Part shown: in pieces, positions 26,301 through 35,185 of the stretch | How positions within the stretch are numbered: position 1 is the first letter of the stretch | Layout: every line of letters starts with the position of its first letter | Notes under the pieces: model-generated | Database searches by the model: none | What the model saw: only the letters and a program-made list of their open reading frames with translations | Told to the model about the DNA's origin: nothing | Translations under genes and position numbers: made by a program | NCBI GenBank assembly: GCA_034408725.1 | Contig: JAWXCN010000032.1 | Location: 13,517-77,516 of the forward strand | Source of the DNA: Candidatus Hydrogenedentota bacterium | GTDB lineage: Bacteria; Hydrogenedentota; Hydrogenedentia; Hydrogenedentales; SLHB01 | Reading direction: 5' to 3' | DNA length: 64,000 bases

Positions 26301-29300
26301 CTGTACCACGTGCGGTGGATCGAGCAACCTCGCCAACCGGCGACTACGGCTACTCCCACGCACTGGATTTTGCTCGCCGACACGAAAGGCGTCGCCGATG
26401 CGCTTGCGCAACGCATTCGCGCGCGCGGTGGCCGTGCGGTTCTCGTTCGACACGGCGCGAGTTATATCGCAACAGGGTCCGATGAGGTGATTCTTGATCC
26501 CGCGAGCGACATACAGTTCGATCAACTGTGGAACGAATTCGGGACTGGGTGCGGTCGCGTAGTCCATTTGTGGTCACTGGATGCGCCGGCGCTGGAGGAA
26601 GCGACATTGGCGGCACTGCATCGCGCGCACGTGTTGGGTTGCGGCGCTGCGCTGCATTTGATTCAGTCCATCACCGCGTCCGGCGAACAGAGCGGGCGAA
26701 ATGCGGCAAGTCATCCGCGGCGGCTGTTGTGGTGCATTACGCGCGGCGCGCAGGTTGTCGCGGCATCTACCGCCGGTGTGCAGGCCGCGCAAGCGCCGCT
26801 GTGGGGATTTGGCCGCAGCGCGGCGTTGGAAAACGCGGCGCTCTGGGGCGGCATGATCGATCTCGATCCGCTCGCGGATGCGAATGATATCGAAGCATTG
26901 CTTTTCGAACTCGACGCGCCTGACGCTGAAAACCAGATGGCGTTGCGCGGAGGCGCACGTTATGTAGCAAGGTTCGCGCGGATCAAGGACGCACTTCCCA
27001 CAAACGGAATTGGCCACATCAAGTGCCGCGAAGATGCGACGTATGTCGTTACCGGCGGATTGGGCGGATTGGGCTTGCAAGTGGCGAAATGGCTTGGTGA
27101 TCGCGGCGCGAAACATATCGTGTTGTTCGGACGCACGCCACTACCGTCACGCGACCAGTGGGAAACATTAAGCGATGACGCGCGCGAGCGCGTCGATGCC
27201 GTGCAGGCGCTTGAGGCGCGAGGCGTTGCGGTGCGCTGCGAGCCCGTGGATGTTTCCGACGAGACGGCCCTTCAATCGTTTATTGATGCGCATGCGCGGA
27301 ACGGAATGCCCGCGATCCGCGGCATCGTACACGCCGCGGGCGTCATTGACGATCATACCGTGAACGAGCTCAGCATGGACTCGCTGACGGCCGTGATGCG
27401 CCCAAAAGTGGACGGAACGATGCTGTTGCACCGTCACTTTGGCGGGCACGGCAACGGTTCGGGCGATCCGCTTGATTTTTTTGTGATGTTTTCGTCGGTG
27501 GCATCCGTGATGGGATCGCCGGGCCAGGCCAACTATGCCGCGGGCAACGCGTTCATGGACGCACTAGCCCATCATCGGCGCGCGCAAGGGCGCACCGCTC
27601 TGAGCATCAATTGGGGGCCTTGGGCTGAAGTCGGGATCGCTTCTCGTGGCGATATTCAAAAGCGGTTGTCGATGCAGGGCATCGGCTGCATCCAACCTGA
27701 AGACGGAATTGCCGCGCTGGATTCGCTTTTGTCCGCGGATGCGGAACAGGTGGGCGTGTTGCAGGCGGACTGGGACAAGCTGGTCACGCGCGCGCCCGGC
27801 ATTGCCGAGTCCCCGCTGTTCGCGGAACTGTTGAACGGACACGCAAAACGGGCGGAAGCAGCACCCGGCAAGCCTCTGGGCCGTGGGGTGGCAAGCGACG
27901 TTGAGGCGATCGAAGCATTATTGCGGCGGCAGGTCGCGCAGATTCTTTATCGCGACGAGGAAGAGATATCCGTTGATCGCAATTTCGGCGAACTAGGCCT
28001 TGATTCGATCATGTTGATGGAACTCGTGAACAGCGTCGAACGCGACATTGGCGTGCGGTTGTTTCCGAAAGAACTGTTCGATCGGCCGACAATAGCCGCT
28101 CTTGCGCCTTATTTGGTCGGCGAAGTCGCTAAGTACGAAGCGCGCGTGGAGGGTAAGGCCCCTTCGACCGGCGCAGGCGTGCGCGTCGCATTGCCGGCGG
28201 TACGGTTGAAAAAAATCGGCCCCGCGGTGCGCAACAAACCGATTGCATTTCTGTTGTCCGCGCCGCGTTCCGGTTCTACGCTTTCGCGCGTGATGCTCGC
28301 CGGACACAAGGACCTGTTTTGCCCGCCAGAATTGCACTTTCTGCAATGCAACAGCATGGGCGAGTGGCGCGAAGGCATTGGCGCGACATATATCAGCGAA
28401 GGACTGCAACGCGCGTTGATGGAATTGCATAACCTGGATGCGGATGCGGCGCGGGTGATGTACGAGCAGTGGGTGCGCGAAGATTGGCCAGTGGAAAAGG
28501 CTTACGCGGCGATTCAGGAAGCGGCGGGCCCGCGCTTGCTCATTGACAAGTCACCTTCGTATGGAACGGACATCGAAGTGCTCGAACACGCTGAACGCCT
28601 GTTCGACGGACCGAAATATATTCACCTGGTGCGGCACCCCTATTCCGTGATCGAATCTTTCATGCGCAATCGCTTCGAGAAAATACTCGGCGATACCGAT
28701 GCCGAGCCGATGGCGTTGGCGGAAGAAGTCTGGACTTTGATGAATGCAAACATCAGCGATTTCTTATCCACTATCGACGACAAACGGAAATGCCTGGTTC
28801 ATTACGAAGACATCGTCGCGAAACCCGAAGAGACGATGCAGCGCCTATGCGAATTTCTCGATGTGCCATACGATCCCGCGGTCATCAAACCCTACGAAGG
28901 TGAACGCATGACTGACGGCATTCACAACAAATCGATGGGCATTGGGGATCCGAATTTCCTCAAGCACAAGGAAATTGATCCGTCGCTGGGCGAAGTGTGG
29001 AAACGCATTCGGCTTCCGCGCAAGCTGGGCGGGTTCGCGCGGCGCGTCGCAGCCGAATTGGAATATGTTTTGCCAGTGGAAACGCCGGGGTCGATCAACG
29101 CCGATCTGGGTATTTCGTCAACCGTCCCGCACGTTGTCGCAATCCAGCCCAAGGGAGATCGTCCGCCGTTTTTCTGTTGCGCGCCCGCGGGCGGCATGAC
29201 GTACATGTACTTCCATCTACCGCGCTACCTCGGCGATGATCAACCCATCTACGGTTTGCAAGACCCTGCGCTGAATCCGCTGTTCGACCCGCACACGACA

Positions 29301-30065
29301 ATGGAATCGTTGTGCGCGGAACAGGCGAAAGCGATCCGCAAGATTCAACCGAATGGACCGTATTACCTTGGTGGTTGGTCGTTCGGCGGCGCGGTCGCGT
29401 TCGAGACGGCGCAGCAGTTGATGGCGGCGGGCGAACAGGTCGCCTATCTCGGAATTATCGATACGGAGGCCCGCATCGAAAAGCATCGCGCGAAAACCTG
29501 GAAGGATCGGCTGAGGTTGGCCGGAGGCCAGCTCAAGATGTCGTTTAAGGTCATCGGACATTGGGGGCCTTATGCGAAGGATTTCATTTATATTATTCTT
29601 CCGTCCGCATTGAAGAAAAAGGACAAGGCGGGTGAGCCGTCGTTGTGGGAGTACATCACGTTTGCATGGGCGGACGCGATTCGCCACACGCTGGTGAAGC
29701 GCGCGGACATTGCGAACGTGGTTACGCGTGACAGCCGGGTGTTGTTGGTGAAGCAACCCGCGACTCGCCGCACCCTGAAAGTATTGAAGGCGAATTTACG
29801 CGCATTGCTTGCGTATAAACTCAAGCCGTATCCGGGAACCATCACGCTCTTGCGCGCCGAGGACCAGACAATCATGCACAAGCTCCACGAGGACTGGACC
29901 CTTGGTTGGGGAGACCTGGCACAGGGCGGATTGGACGTCGTCGAAGTTCCGGGCAATCACGCTGTGCTGTTAAGCCCGCCTTATATCGAGCGTGTGGGCG
30001 AAGTGCTGCGCGAGGGCATCGACAAGGCAATGGCCAAGTACGGCGCAACTCCGGACACCGAATAG
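23301..30065 (+). CDS. Type I polyketide synthase, ACP-KS-AT-KR-ACP-sulfotransferase-thioesterase (Ols/CurM-type olefin synthase module)
   Basis: 2254 aa with a TTG start. ACP1 has GVASRD (Ser codon 23415-23417). KS has DTACSSS (Cys codon 24096-24098) and GFGGANAH. AT has GHSVGE (Ser codon 25446-25448) and the malonyl-type HAFHS. No DH motif was seen. KR has TGGLGGLG (27051-27074) and NYAAGNAF. ACP2 has LGLDSI (Ser codon 28005-28007). ST has the PAPS-loop PRSGST (28263-28280). TE has GGWSFGG (Ser codon 29379-29381) and VPGNHAVLL. Confidence 0.92.
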   Translation: MQSKEAIQAWIIAHLSEETGIDAREIDPNAAFDDLGVASRDAVTLSGDLEDWLGRTLSPTLLWDHPSIAALAEHLAGGAPLAGSATAHVLVAEVHEPIAIIGIGLKVPGASSPSEFWSMLIEGRDAIGAVPADRWDNAAYYDPNPGTAGKMYTERGGFLDRVDLFDADFFGIPPREAARMDPQQRLLIEAAWEALEDAGIAPPSLAGSDTSVFVGISSSDYAQLQMSDPSLVDAYAGTGNAHSLAANRISYFLDLRGPSVAIDTACSSSLVAVHQAVGSLRKGESSIALAGGVNVLLSPEVNMVFSHARMMAPDGRCKTFDATADGYVRGEGCGVVVLKRLSRAVADGDSIYAVIRGTAINHDGRSNGITAPNGLAQQDVIRRALADAGLQSTDVGYVEAHGTGTSLGDPIEVESLKAVLLPSRDANAPVVLGALKTNIGHLEAAAGIVGLIKTALVLDKGVIPATLHVREVNPLIQLDGTPMRIAVEQEPWPRGARPRIAGVSSFGFGGANAHAVLEEAPETANKKPAHEDRPQHVLALSAKTESALRTLAGSYANELNTHPGSFPDFCYTANIGRSGLENRASILGSNAADAVAALREIAQGETPKPVVAGTAPRGASTPVAFLFTGQGSQFVQMGRGLYESNPVFRRVMQECDEVLGTRLDKPLLDIIYPREGETSPLDETAYTQPALFAIEYALSEVWRSWGVTPACVMGHSVGEYVAACVAGVFTFEDGLKLITERARLMGAMPPGGTMAAVLIDAETVKLGLAEHAGAVTIAAVNGPANTVISGAEELVDAICAQFKAQGIKSVKLAVSHAFHSPLMDPMLEPFEKFAAGFTFKPPRIPLVSNLIGQIPAADFAFDAAYWRKHLREAVQFHAGIQSMVSRGYTTFVEAGPQATLSSMAARCVEKDAAAWLPSLAKGQDDWHVILRSLQTLYVKGASINWKSFDAPYSRARVPIPTYPFERKRHWLDVNAQVAGAPVKKTHPMPTRLPSKDMGDWLYHVRWIEQPRQPATTATPTHWILLADTKGVADALAQRIRARGGRAVLVRHGASYIATGSDEVILDPASDIQFDQLWNEFGTGCGRVVHLWSLDAPALEEATLAALHRAHVLGCGAALHLIQSITASGEQSGRNAASHPRRLLWCITRGAQVVAASTAGVQAAQAPLWGFGRSAALENAALWGGMIDLDPLADANDIEALLFELDAPDAENQMALRGGARYVARFARIKDALPTNGIGHIKCREDATYVVTGGLGGLGLQVAKWLGDRGAKHIVLFGRTPLPSRDQWETLSDDARERVDAVQALEARGVAVRCEPVDVSDETALQSFIDAHARNGMPAIRGIVHAAGVIDDHTVNELSMDSLTAVMRPKVDGTMLLHRHFGGHGNGSGDPLDFFVMFSSVASVMGSPGQANYAAGNAFMDALAHHRRAQGRTALSINWGPWAEVGIASRGDIQKRLSMQGIGCIQPEDGIAALDSLLSADAEQVGVLQADWDKLVTRAPGIAESPLFAELLNGHAKRAEAAPGKPLGRGVASDVEAIEALLRRQVAQILYRDEEEISVDRNFGELGLDSIMLMELVNSVERDIGVRLFPKELFDRPTIAALAPYLVGEVAKYEARVEGKAPSTGAGVRVALPAVRLKKIGPAVRNKPIAFLLSAPRSGSTLSRVMLAGHKDLFCPPELHFLQCNSMGEWREGIGATYISEGLQRALMELHNLDADAARVMYEQWVREDWPVEKAYAAIQEAAGPRLLIDKSPSYGTDIEVLEHAERLFDGPKYIHLVRHPYSVIESFMRNRFEKILGDTDAEPMALAEEVWTLMNANISDFLSTIDDKRKCLVHYEDIVAKPEETMQRLCEFLDVPYDPAVIKPYEGERMTDGIHNKSMGIGDPNFLKHKEIDPSLGEVWKRIRLPRKLGGFARRVAAELEYVLPVETPGSINADLGISSTVPHVVAIQPKGDRPPFFCCAPAGGMTYMYFHLPRYLGDDQPIYGLQDPALNPLFDPHTTMESLCAEQAKAIRKIQPNGPYYLGGWSFGGAVAFETAQQLMAAGEQVAYLGIIDTEARIEKHRAKTWKDRLRLAGGQLKMSFKVIGHWGPYAKDFIYIILPSALKKKDKAGEPSLWEYITFAWADAIRHTLVKRADIANVVTRDSRVLLVKQPATRRTLKVLKANLRALLAYKLKPYPGTITLLRAEDQTIMHKLHEDWTLGWGDLAQGGLDVVEVPGNHAVLLSPPYIERVGEVLREGIDKAMAKYGATPDTE

Positions 30066-30080
30066 GCGCGCGCCGGCCGC

Positions 30081-31001
30081 ATGATTCCACACCTGTTTGC
30101 GCTGCACCCCGCAGGTTCAAAACTGCCTTTTTTTCTTTGCGCCCCGGCCGGGGGCGTTTTGTTTCCGTGCTACAACGTGCTGAATTATTGGGACGTGGAA
30201 CGTCCTTTTTACGCGTTGCAGGATCCCAGTCTGAACAAGGATACGCCTTTATTTCAGACGGTCGCGGAACTGGCGCGCGCGAATCTTGATGTGCTGAAAT
30301 CGTTTCAGCCGGAAGGGCCGTATTTGATCGGGGGCTGGTCTTTTGGGGCGATGGTGGCATTGGAAATGGCGCATATACTGAGCGCCGCGGGCGAAGAAGT
30401 TGAACTCATCGTGCTCGACATGCGCGTGAACGGTCCGGGGCGCGAATCACCGCTTGCGAACCTAACGCCGATTCAGAAGGCCGTGGTGATTCCCCGGCTT
30501 ATCGTGGCGGTGTTTAGCCATACGGGACCCTATTTCCGTGACGGTTTCTATGTACTGTTTGGCGACATGATTCGCCGCGGATCGAAAGCGTCACCGTTGC
30601 TGACGTTGATCATGAAGCTGATGGGCCGAGCGCCGATTGCGGACATCATCGAGCAGCGACCGCATCTCGATGGCATTCAGCCGCCGGGCCTGTTCAGGTG
30701 TCTGCGCGTGCTTGGCGCGAACATGCGGGCGTTTCGCAACTATGTGCCGAAACCGTTGGATATTCATGGCGCGTTGATCAAGGCCAGTGACAGCGCGTCG
30801 CTCGGGTTGCACGACCCGGATCCCGCAATGGGTTGGACGAGCATCACGACAAGCGGGTTGGATATTTATGACACGCCGGGCAACCATGTGACGCTGATGC
30901 TGGAACCGGCGCTTGGGGTCGTGGGGAAGTGCTTGAATGACGCGCTCGAAAACGCCGAACAACGGTTGTTGATGCCTGACACACTGACCGGCACGGACTA
31001 A
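30081..31001 (+). CDS. Stand-alone thioesterase / alpha-beta hydrolase, paralog of the PKS TE domain
   Basis: PFFLCAPAGGVLFPCYNVL...PFYALQDPSLN...GPYLIGGWSFGAMVALEMA...TPGNHVTLML aligns motif for motif with the PKS C-terminal TE (PFFCCAPAGGMTYMYFHL...PIYGLQDPALN...GPYYLGGWSFGGAVAFETA...VPGNHAVLL). Confidence 0.8.
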   Translation: MIPHLFALHPAGSKLPFFLCAPAGGVLFPCYNVLNYWDVERPFYALQDPSLNKDTPLFQTVAELARANLDVLKSFQPEGPYLIGGWSFGAMVALEMAHILSAAGEEVELIVLDMRVNGPGRESPLANLTPIQKAVVIPRLIVAVFSHTGPYFRDGFYVLFGDMIRRGSKASPLLTLIMKLMGRAPIADIIEQRPHLDGIQPPGLFRCLRVLGANMRAFRNYVPKPLDIHGALIKASDSASLGLHDPDPAMGWTSITTSGLDIYDTPGNHVTLMLEPALGVVGKCLNDALENAEQRLLMPDTLTGTD

Positions 31002-31043
31002 CACAGACCGCTGTGTTGTTGGGTGAGGGTGGAGGAAACGGTG

Positions 31044-31775
31044 ATGTGGGAAAGCCCTCAACAATTTCCCGAATTGCGCGCGGGTGACGTCCATGTCTGG
31101 AAGATACCGCTTAACCAAACCCCGGCTGTGATCTGCGCGCTTTCGCGCGCCCTTGCCTCCGACGAACGCGAGCGGGCGGCGCGATTCCATTTTGAAAAAG
31201 GCCGACAGCAGTACATTGTTTCGCGCGGGGCGTTGCGAGAATTGCTGGGCGGATACCTGGGTGAAAGCGCGGCAGCGATTCGTTTTGATTATTCACCGCG
31301 CGGCAAGCCTGGACTCGACACAGCGCACGCAAGCGATATTGCCTTTAATCTGACGCATTCGGGAGCGCTGGCGTTGGCGGCGTTCGCGCGCGGGGCGCGG
31401 GTTGGCGTGGACATTGAGCGTATGCGGGACGAATTCGATAGCCAACGCATCGCGGACAGGTTTTTCACGCCGGAGGAGTCCGCGGCGTTGCGCGGCGCGG
31501 ATGAATCGGAACGGCTATTGCGCTTCGCGGAGCAGTGGACCCGGAAAGAGTCATTTATCAAGGCGCGTGGCGAGGGCTTGTCGTTTCCGCTGGATGCGTT
31601 TTCGATTCTGCTCGAGGGGGAGGAACTTGCGCTGCGCATTGCGCAGAGTCCAGTGGAAGCGGGGAGGTGGACGGTGCGCGATCTGGAAATTGATGAAGGG
31701 TATGCGGCGGCGTTGTGTGTTGAAGCGCGGGGGAGTGGGATGCGCGGGTTTGTTTGGGAGGGGATAGAGACCTGA
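31044..31775 (+). CDS. Sfp-type 4'-phosphopantetheinyl transferase
   Basis: Lies within ORF 31023..31775. The ATG at 31044 is 9 nt after GGAGG. Motifs are FNLTHSGALALAAF, GVDIERMRDE and WTRKESFIKARGEGL. Confidence 0.88.
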   Translation: MWESPQQFPELRAGDVHVWKIPLNQTPAVICALSRALASDERERAARFHFEKGRQQYIVSRGALRELLGGYLGESAAAIRFDYSPRGKPGLDTAHASDIAFNLTHSGALALAAFARGARVGVDIERMRDEFDSQRIADRFFTPEESAALRGADESERLLRFAEQWTRKESFIKARGEGLSFPLDAFSILLEGEELALRIAQSPVEAGRWTVRDLEIDEGYAAALCVEARGSGMRGFVWEGIET

Positions 31776-31799
31776 GGAAGGTTGGTGTGGCGCGGGGGG

Positions 31800-31849
31800 A
31801 TGGAGACCTGTCGGTCGTGGGAGTGGCGCGGTCGGGAGACCGGCCACAA
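31800..31849 (+). repeat. Double-hairpin intergenic element, copy B
   Basis: ATGGAGACCTGTCGGTC, then GTGGCGCGGTCGGGAGACCGGCCAC (31823-31847). The second part forms a 10-bp helix with a 1-nt bulge, capped by the GGGA (GNRA) loop. It lies 25 nt after the PPTase stop, in sense orientation. Confidence 0.8.
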
Positions 31850-31872
31850 CAAAAGGAGGGAACCTGCCACAA

Positions 31873-31918
31873 CGTGCTCGTGCTCGTGCTCGTAATCGTA
31901 ATCGTAATCGTAATCGTA
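31873..31918 (+). repeat. Hexanucleotide microsatellite (CGTGCT)x3 (CGTAAT)x4
   Basis: A perfect period-6 array, the reverse complement of the GAGCAC/GATTAC units seen at 42713. It is followed by forward-oriented units CGATTGCGATGACAATTACG (31930-31949). Confidence 0.9.
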
Positions 31919-32058
31919 TGTCGTTGGCTCGATTGCGATGACAATTACGAAGAAGAAAATTCTGAATTCAATTGCGATCCTCCTACGCCCTCCGAAGCGG
32001 CAGGGCTGCGAAGGACGGTTTGCGATTACGGGTTGGGGGTGGTCGACGGGACTGAAGG

Positions 32059-32463
32059 TTATGGATTTGGCCAAACCCACGTCGTGCGGGTTGCGACTTC
32101 AAGATCGTTTCCAGCGGGATCGCGGAAATAGATCGAATGACCGCCGCTTGGCCAGTCTACTTCCGATTCTATTGCGACGCCATTGCCCAATAGATGTTTG
32201 CGCCAAGCGTCCACTTCGTCGTCGCCAATTTCGAAGGCGGCGTGTCCCGCGCCACGCGCGCCATGTCCTCCGAAGGGCGAATCCGGGTCGCTGGTTGATT
32301 CCGGATTAAACAAAAGAAACATCGTTGTGCCGCAACGGAAAAAGACGTGGCGGCCTTCCTGTTTTGCATAAAAATCGAGACCGATCATGTCCCGGTAAAA
32401 TCGGTCGGCGGCTTCGAGGTTATCGACATAGAGGCAGGTTTCGAGAATGCGCGTCGCTTTCAT
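32059..32463 (-). CDS. VOC (glyoxalase/bleomycin-resistance/dioxygenase) family protein
   Basis: Lies within ORF 32059..32502, with the ATG at 32463 (MKATRILETCLYVDNLEAADRFY). It also has HAAFEIGDDEVDAW and SIYFRDPAGNDLEV. Confidence 0.8.
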   Translation of the reverse strand: MKATRILETCLYVDNLEAADRFYRDMIGLDFYAKQEGRHVFFRCGTTMFLLFNPESTSDPDSPFGGHGARGAGHAAFEIGDDEVDAWRKHLLGNGVAIESEVDWPSGGHSIYFRDPAGNDLEVATRTTWVWPNP

Positions 32464-32981
32464 GGTCCGACTTCCTTTTGAATCTCCAGCGCCGGACGAC
32501 AAAGTTTATCGAAAATCGCCGGTTCCACTGATTGCAGTCTCGAACCTTGAGGTTTTCCTTCGCGCGTCGTGAGATATAGTGCTTCGCCATTTATCGAAAA
32601 GGCGCTAAGTTTACCGTCGGTTTCGATAAGCAATTCCGCAGAGCCGTAGAACCCTGATATATCCCTTTGAGATCTAACCGATATCCTTGCTGGTGTTGGG
32701 ACTGGATCGCCTATATAGCGCCGACTGTAGTAAAGAATGCGATTGCTATTGAGTGTGCAGATGCTATCAGGTTCTCGCGAAAACAGCACTACAATTTCCG
32801 CTTCAGTCATACCCAACATTAAGCGCTGGTAACTTGCGTGGAACGCTCTTACGTCTCTGAGCATCCACGGAAAGTGAAGGATTGGAAGACCGGCAATTAG
32901 AAGGACGATGAGTAGGGAGGATACTAGAATCCCGCGCCGTGATAGCCGCTTGTTCAGGATCCTAATCAATCTTTTTATCAC
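32460..32981 (-). CDS. Hypothetical membrane-anchored protein
   Basis: 173 aa with one N-terminal TM helix (ILVSSLLIVLLIAGLPIL). ATGA overlaps at both ends (32460-32463 and 32978-32981) imply operon membership. GC is locally lower (about 48% in one sampled line). No recognisable motif. Confidence 0.5.
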   Translation of the reverse strand: MIKRLIRILNKRLSRRGILVSSLLIVLLIAGLPILHFPWMLRDVRAFHASYQRLMLGMTEAEIVVLFSREPDSICTLNSNRILYYSRRYIGDPVPTPARISVRSQRDISGFYGSAELLIETDGKLSAFSINGEALYLTTREGKPQGSRLQSVEPAIFDKLCRPALEIQKEVGP

Positions 32982-33802
32982 GGAAACAAATATTCCATCA
33001 ACGCTTCATGCTCGCCGAAGTCAGGCACCAGTATATCCGCGCCGGCGCGTGTGAGGCGCTCGCGTTTTTCTTCGCTCCAGCCGTGGCCGCGTTCTTCGTC
33101 GGAGCAGACGCCGACGGATACGCAGCCGTGTTCACGCGCAAGCCGGATTTCGACCGGGCCATCGCCGACTACCAGTACTTCGGAACCGTGGAGGTCGTGG
33201 TTGGCGATGATCTGTTTGATGATCATCTCCTTGTTGCTTTCCTGGTACGTGCGCATCGCGCCCCAGATTTCGGAGAAGTGCGGCGCCACCCCGACGAGCG
33301 CGGATTCGTTGCGCACGTCGTCGCGGTCGGTGCCGCTGAAGATGTACATTTGCAGACCGCGCGCGGCGAGTGCGCTGACGAACTCGATCGAGCCGCGAAC
33401 GGTGACTTGTTCGAGCGGTAGCGTGCCCGCGCGGAGTTGGGCGATGCGTTCGCTGACGCGCACCATGAGCCGGTCATTGTAAATCTGCTTGTATCCGTGC
33501 GCATCAAGGATTTTGCCGCTGGGTACTAGGCCGTAATCCCGCACCATTTTCACCAGGTGTTCCATCTGTAAGATGGTGTTGATGCCTGTGGATTCATCGA
33601 TATAGTCTGCGCAGGCCTTTTCAATTTCAGGCGTGGGTTGCGCATCGCCGCAGATCATTTCGATCATGAGCGGGCCCATCACCTGTTGCCAGCCTTCACG
33701 CAACAGACTCACGGTGCCGTCGAAATCGAACAGCGCGTACTTGAAGCGTCCACGTTCCGTTTCGCGAATGACCTGGATATTCTTAATTGTCAGCGTTGCC
33801 AT
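32978..33802 (-). CDS. HAD-superfamily hydrolase-like protein
   Basis: Motif I is YALFDFDGTVSLL. Late motif is LVVGDGPVEIRLAREHG. Confidence 0.7.
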   Translation of the reverse strand: MATLTIKNIQVIRETERGRFKYALFDFDGTVSLLREGWQQVMGPLMIEMICGDAQPTPEIEKACADYIDESTGINTILQMEHLVKMVRDYGLVPSGKILDAHGYKQIYNDRLMVRVSERIAQLRAGTLPLEQVTVRGSIEFVSALAARGLQMYIFSGTDRDDVRNESALVGVAPHFSEIWGAMRTYQESNKEMIIKQIIANHDLHGSEVLVVGDGPVEIRLAREHGCVSVGVCSDEERGHGWSEEKRERLTRAGADILVPDFGEHEALMEYLFP

Positions 33803-33811
33803 GAAAAAAGA

Positions 33812-34333
33812 TTACTCCACCATGAATTCTACAAGTGAATGGACCTGATGCGGGGCGAGCCGTGCTCGCCCTTTTAATGGAGGCAACTCGACGACAAACG
33901 CGATCTCTTCGATATTGGCGCCGAGCCGCTCGACGAGGTTCACCACTGCGCGCATCGTCCCGCCAGTTGCGAGTAGATCATCGATCAAGACAACGCGGTC
34001 CCCGCTTTTAAGCGCGTCACGATGTATTTCGAGCGTCGCCGTGCCGTATTCCAACTCGAAGTCTTCCGAGATCGTATCGGCGGGAAGTTTGCCTTTTTTT
34101 CGCGCGAGCACCAGCGGCAAACCCATCGCGTAGGCGAGCGCGCCACCGAACACGAAGCCACGGGCATCCGCGCCGACGATTGCGGTAATCCCCTTCTGCT
34201 CATACCGCGTCTTCCAGCCATCTGTGATGTAGCGGAAAGCGTCGGGATTGAGCAGCAGCGTCGTGATGTCCTTAAACTGGATGCCGGGAATGGGAAAATC
34301 CGGCACGTTCCGGATTAGCGACGCCAAATCCAT
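33812..34333 (-). CDS. apt: Adenine phosphoribosyltransferase
   Basis: DFPIPGIQFKDITTLL, GADARGFVFGGALA, and the PRPP motif VVLIDDLLATGGT. Confidence 0.95.
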   Translation of the reverse strand: MDLASLIRNVPDFPIPGIQFKDITTLLLNPDAFRYITDGWKTRYEQKGITAIVGADARGFVFGGALAYAMGLPLVLARKKGKLPADTISEDFELEYGTATLEIHRDALKSGDRVVLIDDLLATGGTMRAVVNLVERLGANIEEIAFVVELPPLKGRARLAPHQVHSLVEFMVE

Positions 34334-34354
34334 GGGCGAAAGTTCTCCTTCGTA

Positions 34355-35185
34355 TCAGCGGTCGAAATCGTCGCTGCGCTCGACGACGAACTTGCGCAGC
34401 CGCTTCATGACATCATTTTCAATCTGGCGGATGCGTTCTCGCGTGAGATTGAAATACCGGCCCGTTTGCTCGAGGGTGTGCGCATGACCGTCGGTGAGGC
34501 CATAACGATACTTCACGATATTCTGTTCGCGCGTATTCAGTTGTTTCATAATTTCTTCGAGTTGCTGATCGAGTTCGATCTGCGCGATGGCCTCATTCAC
34601 CTGGCGGGGTTCGATGATCTCCGGGATGCCGTGGCCTTCGTCGTCGTCCATGTATTCGGGGTTGCCCAGCGGGGACACCTCGTCGACGAACGATTGCAAT
34701 TTGAGCGCTTCGGCTTTCTTGATGCCCATCGCCTCGGCGACTTCTTCCGGGTCGGGTCTGCGGCCGTTCTTGATGTAAAACTCTTCCGAGGTTTTCTTGT
34801 ATCGGGAAATGTTGTCGGTAACGTAGACCGGAATGCGCACGGTGCGCCCGTAGTTTGAAAGCGCGCGGGTGACGGCCTGGCGAATCCACCACGTGGCGTA
34901 TGTCGAGAACTTGCAGCCGCGCGTCCAATCGAAGCGGTCTACCGCTTTCATGAGGCCGATGTTGCCTTCCTCGATCAAGTCCTGGAGTGGCAGGCCGAAG
35001 TAGAGGTACTTTTTTGCAATGCTGACGACAAGGCGCAGATTCGAGACAATGAGTTTTCGCCGCGCTTCCCCGTCGTCCTTCTGCGCAAGCTGCGCAAGAC
35101 GCACCTCCTCCGCGGAGGACAGCAGCGGGATGCGGGAAATTTCGGCGAGATAGGTGCTCAACCCGCTCTCACGTAGGTCTGACAT
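34355..35185 (-). CDS. Sigma-70 family RNA polymerase sigma factor (RpoD/RpoS-like, compact)
   Basis: Lies within ORF 34355..35236, with the ATG at 35185 (MSDLRESGLSTYL). Region 2 is NLRLVVSIAKKY...LIEEGNIGLMKAVDRFD...FSTYATWWIRQAVTRAL. Region 4.2 is TLEQTGRYFNLTRERIRQIENDVMKRL. Confidence 0.88.
   Translation of the reverse strand: MSDLRESGLSTYLAEISRIPLLSSAEEVRLAQLAQKDDGEARRKLIVSNLRLVVSIAKKYLYFGLPLQDLIEEGNIGLMKAVDRFDWTRGCKFSTYATWWIRQAVTRALSNYGRTVRIPVYVTDNISRYKKTSEEFYIKNGRRPDPEEVAEAMGIKKAEALKLQSFVDEVSPLGNPEYMDDDEGHGIPEIIEPRQVNEAIAQIELDQQLEEIMKQLNTREQNIVKYRYGLTDGHAHTLEQTGRYFNLTRERIRQIENDVMKRLRKFVVERSDDFDR

Noticed and set aside
31289-32080. 263-aa minus-strand ORF containing DYDYDYDYEHEHEH
   Set aside because: The unusual peptide is simply the translation of the (GATTAC)n(GAGCAC)n microsatellite. 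The rest is antisense to the PPTase gene. The same applies to 42460..42936 and 42471..42812 (RARARARNRNRN / VLVLVLVL) over the 42713 array, and to 39026..39328.
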